In this document: piece after piece, positions 46,701 through 64,000 of the stretch
Layout: every line of letters begins with the position of its first letter
Numbering within the stretch: the first letter of the stretch is position 1
From: the human T2T-CHM13v2.0 reference genome, Homo sapiens
Assembly: GCF_009914755.1 (NCBI RefSeq)
Contig: NC_060937.1
DNA length: 64,000 nucleotides
Direction: 5' to 3' (one strand)
The notes under the pieces: model-generated
Databases searched by the model: none
What the model was told of the DNA's origin: nothing
Seen by the model: only the letters and a program-made list of their open reading frames with translations
Made by a program: the position numbers and the translations under genes

Positions 46701-48739
46701 TGTTAGATCTTTTTAAAAATCTTTGCTTAAAACATTGAAGGCTGAACGATGAGCAAGAAAATCTTGCCTGTGAATAAGACACTGGGAACTGCACAGAATC
46801 AACATCAGCTCACAAGCTCATCATCTCACGCACGGATTCCTGAGCACATTCTCGCATTCTTGCTCTTAATCCTCCCTTGGCGACCTTCTACTCAGACATC
46901 ATCTTTTATGCAGAGAAGCAGGCACGTTTCTCATCATTAATTCTGTTCTCAGCCAGGTGTGTAGCCACAGAGCATACAGACCACAGGATGATGTGAGTAC
47001 CCCAGGATGTAAATTTGTGCGGAGTAATTACAGCTCAGGCTTCTTACACAGCTTTGGCCACATCAGGACATGAAGCTGTCTTGCAAATTGCGGGTGTGTC
47101 TAAGCTCTTAAGCACATGTGAACTTTAACGCACGTGCATTCCCTACTCACATACACAATACAAGCATGCCACACACTCACAATCCAATTGGCTAACTATG
47201 GTTATTAACAGGAAAGAACAATTAATGGTCCTTGTGGTTACAGTTTTGTTTGAATTTTCGCCTCATCAAAAATGTAACAACCAACTAAAGCAGGCTTTCC
47301 TCCTTTTTTCCTAGTGAAAGCATATTGACTTTCCTGACTTCTTATGACCACATTTGAGGAAAGGAGTAAGCACTGGAATCACCAACACAGCATGCTTACG
47401 GAGGGTGGTCACCAGCTTCATCAGCCTCCCAATTCCACGGAGCCCCTTGAAAATCCAGGAGCGCAGACTGGCAACAGTAGAGATTTAATAGGTAAGACCT
47501 TGGGTTCAATGGACAGATCTCCTACAGTTCCTGATATCAGCCCCTATCAGAAATTATATTTTACTTTGTGTATTTCACATATTTCAAATAGAAGGGGTCA
47601 AGACTAATAGTGACCAGTCTTCATCCATTTGATAAACCTTTACTAAACACAACTGCAGCTTTGTTCTAGGCAGCATGAATGGAATGATTTACAAACTGTT
47701 GCTGCTCTTTGGGCAGTCACTGTTTTATAGGGGAACTCGAGAAGCAGTCAGGAAGGAAGGTCTCGGAGGAGATGGCCCTGAAACTGAATCAGACTTTAAA
47801 AGATAAGTTGGTCAACAGGGTTGGAGGGAGGGAGGGAAAAGAAGGTTTTGAAAGATAGATCTTTCAGAAAAAGCAAATAACTTGGGCACAGACATGGGCA
47901 CAAAAAGGAAAAGAAAAGCCAGGGCATTCAGAGAATTGCAGAACATTTTGCATGACTGAGTATAGGAAGCAAGAGAGGTCTTTTGAGAAATACGACTGGA
48001 GAGGTGATGAGGGGCCAGATCTTGTGTTACACAAAGAACCTCTTATGCCACACAAAGGAATTTGGATTTTTTTTTTCCTTTTAGGCATAAGGAAGCCATT
48101 GAAGGGTTTTAAACAGGAACAATGTAATCAGATTTACTCTTTGGAAATAAGATCTCCTGGTTAGTTAATGAACTCGTATTTCTTTTTTTCTATGTTAACC
48201 ATTGTTTTATTGTTTGGTCTTTAGACTCTATTATTGATTGAAATGCCAAAGTGATGGGAGTCAAGCGGCTTTGCCACTTAACCTTCCAAAGTTTGTTTCA
48301 TTTGCTTTTAAAATAGTTATTATATTACGTGCTTTGCCTTATTAGTTTTGTGTACAATTAAAGCGAGATAAAGGCAGAGAAACTGGCTTGTAGTGCTATT
48401 GCTATGGACACCATTAGTTGATGTCAGAACAATTACAGATGAATCAATATTTACTATTGGACCAATTACAGACAAAACCAGAAAAGATTAGATCTAGCAC
48501 AAACTTTATAAACTATTGAGCCTTTCATTTTATTTTGCATTTAAAAATCCTTACATCAGAGATTCTGAATTCTTTTATCAGGGGTGTGGCCTGTGCGTTG
48601 AGAGTTTTTAAAGCTCTCCAGGTGATTTTAATATGCAATTAGATTTGAGAACCATGATTTTAGACTTAAGGGGCTTTAGAAGTAAATGTCTTTAAATTCT
48701 GTGATAATACATCATTCATAGGCTATTCAGGCTGTACTA

Positions 48740-49519
48740 AAACATAGAGAAAAAACAAAGACAATTATTGAGTTCATTTTATGAAGCAAGAACAATCTTA
48801 ATAACAAAAGATAAAAACCTTTAAAAAGACGCGAAGCTATGATCTTTTTATGAATATAGGTGTAAAATCACAAAATATTATAAAAATATTTTAACCACAT
48901 ATTAAAAGAGTAGGCTAAATAGAATTTACTTTAGGAATTGAAGAATGGTTTAATATTGGGAAATTTATTATTGTAATGCCTGGGCAACAGAGCGAGACTC
49001 CGTCTCCAAAAAAAAAAAGAAAAAAGAAAATGCGAAGTTTAGTCTCAAGCTAAGACTAAATATTTGCAAATCATGTGTCTGAAAAAGGACTTGCATCAGA
49101 ATAGAGAACTCTTATCACTCCATTAAAAAAAGACAATTCAAAATGTTGAGCAAAAGATATGAACAGATAATTCACCAAAGAATATATTATGATAGCAGAT
49201 AAGCATATGAAAAGTTGCTCAACATTATCAGTGCTTAAAGAAATGCGAACTAAAACCATACTGAGATACTATGACACACATACTAGAATGTCTCTAATCA
49301 GAAAAACTGAAAATATTGAATTCTGGTAAAGATTTAGAGGAACTGGAATCCTTATACATTGCTGGTGAGAATGTAGAAAAGATACAGTCGCTTTGGAAAA
49401 CAGTTTGTCAGTGACTCAGTAAGTTAAATACATCCACTTCTAAATATCTACACAGAGAAATGAAAATGTATGCTTAGACAAAAAACATTCAGCATTATTA
49501 TTTTCCATAACCAAAACCT

Positions 49520-49520
<1 letters not shown>
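48740..49520 (+). mobile_element. Old L1M ORF2 fragments joined by an Alu 3' fragment (48978-49030)
   Basis: tcattttatgaagcaag...; atatttgcaaatcatgtgtctgaaaaaggacttgcatc...; gcctgggcaacagagcgagactccgtctc(a)n between them. Confidence 0.7.
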
Positions 49521-50170
<650 letters not shown>

Positions 50171-50387
50171 TGATGGAATATGTACACCACTATGTCACAG
50201 CCCTGCCAGTCACCCCTCCCTTTCCCACCCTTCCAGAGCATCTGGAAGGTCAACATTGTCACTGTTACAAAAGATAAAGAATGAAGGAATTTCACACATT
50301 TACCTAGGAAGATGTAAATCTTCTGTTGTAGATAATTTATTACAGAGTACTCCGTCCACATCCAGGTGCCCCACACAAGTGCTTCGC

Positions 50388-51200
<813 letters not shown>

Positions 51201-51229
51201 ATGCATGTCTAAACTGTTTCTACGTATTT

Positions 51230-59510
<8,281 letters not shown>

Positions 59511-59514
59511 CACC

Positions 59515-60000
59515 TATTTTAATGTTGTGTTTTTATAATCTACACTGTACAAAACTAGCCTCACAGAATTATGTTGATAAGGTGGAAGAAGAGATTTTTA
59601 AAACATTTTATTAAGCTCAGAATATTCATTTTTAAACTTTCATTCAAAGTAATGTAAATGATACTATATTTCTAAATTCATCTTCTACTGTTCATTAGTA
59701 GTCAGATTCAATAATTTATCCATAAATTATAGTTAAGTTTAAATTATCTTTTGATGAAAGAAATGGATTCTGGATGCATGAATTTCCTATATGTTGTCTT
59801 CTCCTGATAGAAAACAAAAATTCACAATCTTTTATCAAATTTAAAGATGTTTGGTGATACATTTTGACAGTGTAATATCAATATCATCACCAACTCTGCT
59901 GTCAATAAACTATGGAGCATGTCACAATAACTTATAGAAAGTCTGTTCTTTCAAGCATCCAAGTTTCATTTTGTGCTTTAATTTCATGTGGCATTAGAAA
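59515..60000 (-). mobile_element. Charlie-type hAT transposase remnant
   Basis: Antisense of gaaatggattctggatgcatgaatttcct reads GNSCIQNPF, resembling the Charlie W-I-x-N-P-F motif. Confidence 0.45.
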
Positions 60001-60073
60001 ACATGTTGCCTTCCTTCCTTGCATAGGAGTGTGAGCCTCAGAAATTTGAGACTGAGACCTGTCTCAAATTTCT

Positions 60074-60192
60074 GAGGCTGAGGAAGGAGAATCGCTTGAA
60101 CCCAGGAGGCGGAGGTTTCAGTGAGCCAAGATCGCATCACTGCACTCCAGCCTGGGTGACAGAGTGATAGATACCCTTTCTCAAAAAAAAAA
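60074..60192 (+). mobile_element. Alu 3' fragment
   Basis: gaggctgaggaaggagaatcgcttgaacccagg...tctc(a)n. Confidence 0.88.
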
Positions 60193-63920
<3,728 letters not shown>

Positions 63921-64000
63921 ATATTGTCTGAATTTGATTGGTTATTTCCATTTTTATGAAATGTCTACAATAGGCAAATCTATAGAACCAGTAAAGAAAT

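Overview
Primate (human-like) genomic DNA, apparently intergenic and dominated by repeats; no host protein-coding gene, RNA gene or CRISPR array can be supported. The window opens inside a highly diverged, monomeric ~171-bp alpha-satellite-like array (1-~1827, no CENP-B box, interrupted by an AluSp). That array abuts an 18-bp GC-rich HSAT5-like satellite and then passes within ~1 kb into ordinary chromosome-arm sequence, which looks like the edge of a dead-centromere relic. The rest holds ~30 Alus, six MLT2 (ERVL) LTRs, THE1/MST/MLT1 LTRs, MER4/LTR8/MER74 LTRs, Tigger1/MER47A/Charlie DNA transposons, old L1/HAL1 fragments and one young L1PA2-type insertion with a twin-priming inversion that creates a 282-aa chimeric ORF. 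There is an orphan CpG island with a CTCF-like site at ~43.1-43.7 kb, several readable rearrangement scars (a collapsed inverted Alu pair, a templated fold-back at a deletion junction), and a speculative degraded homeobox-like stretch at ~5.1 kb. Repeat subfamily names come from recalled consensus sequences read by eye and need RepeatMasker/Dfam confirmation. I do not see evidence for a new multi-gene system.
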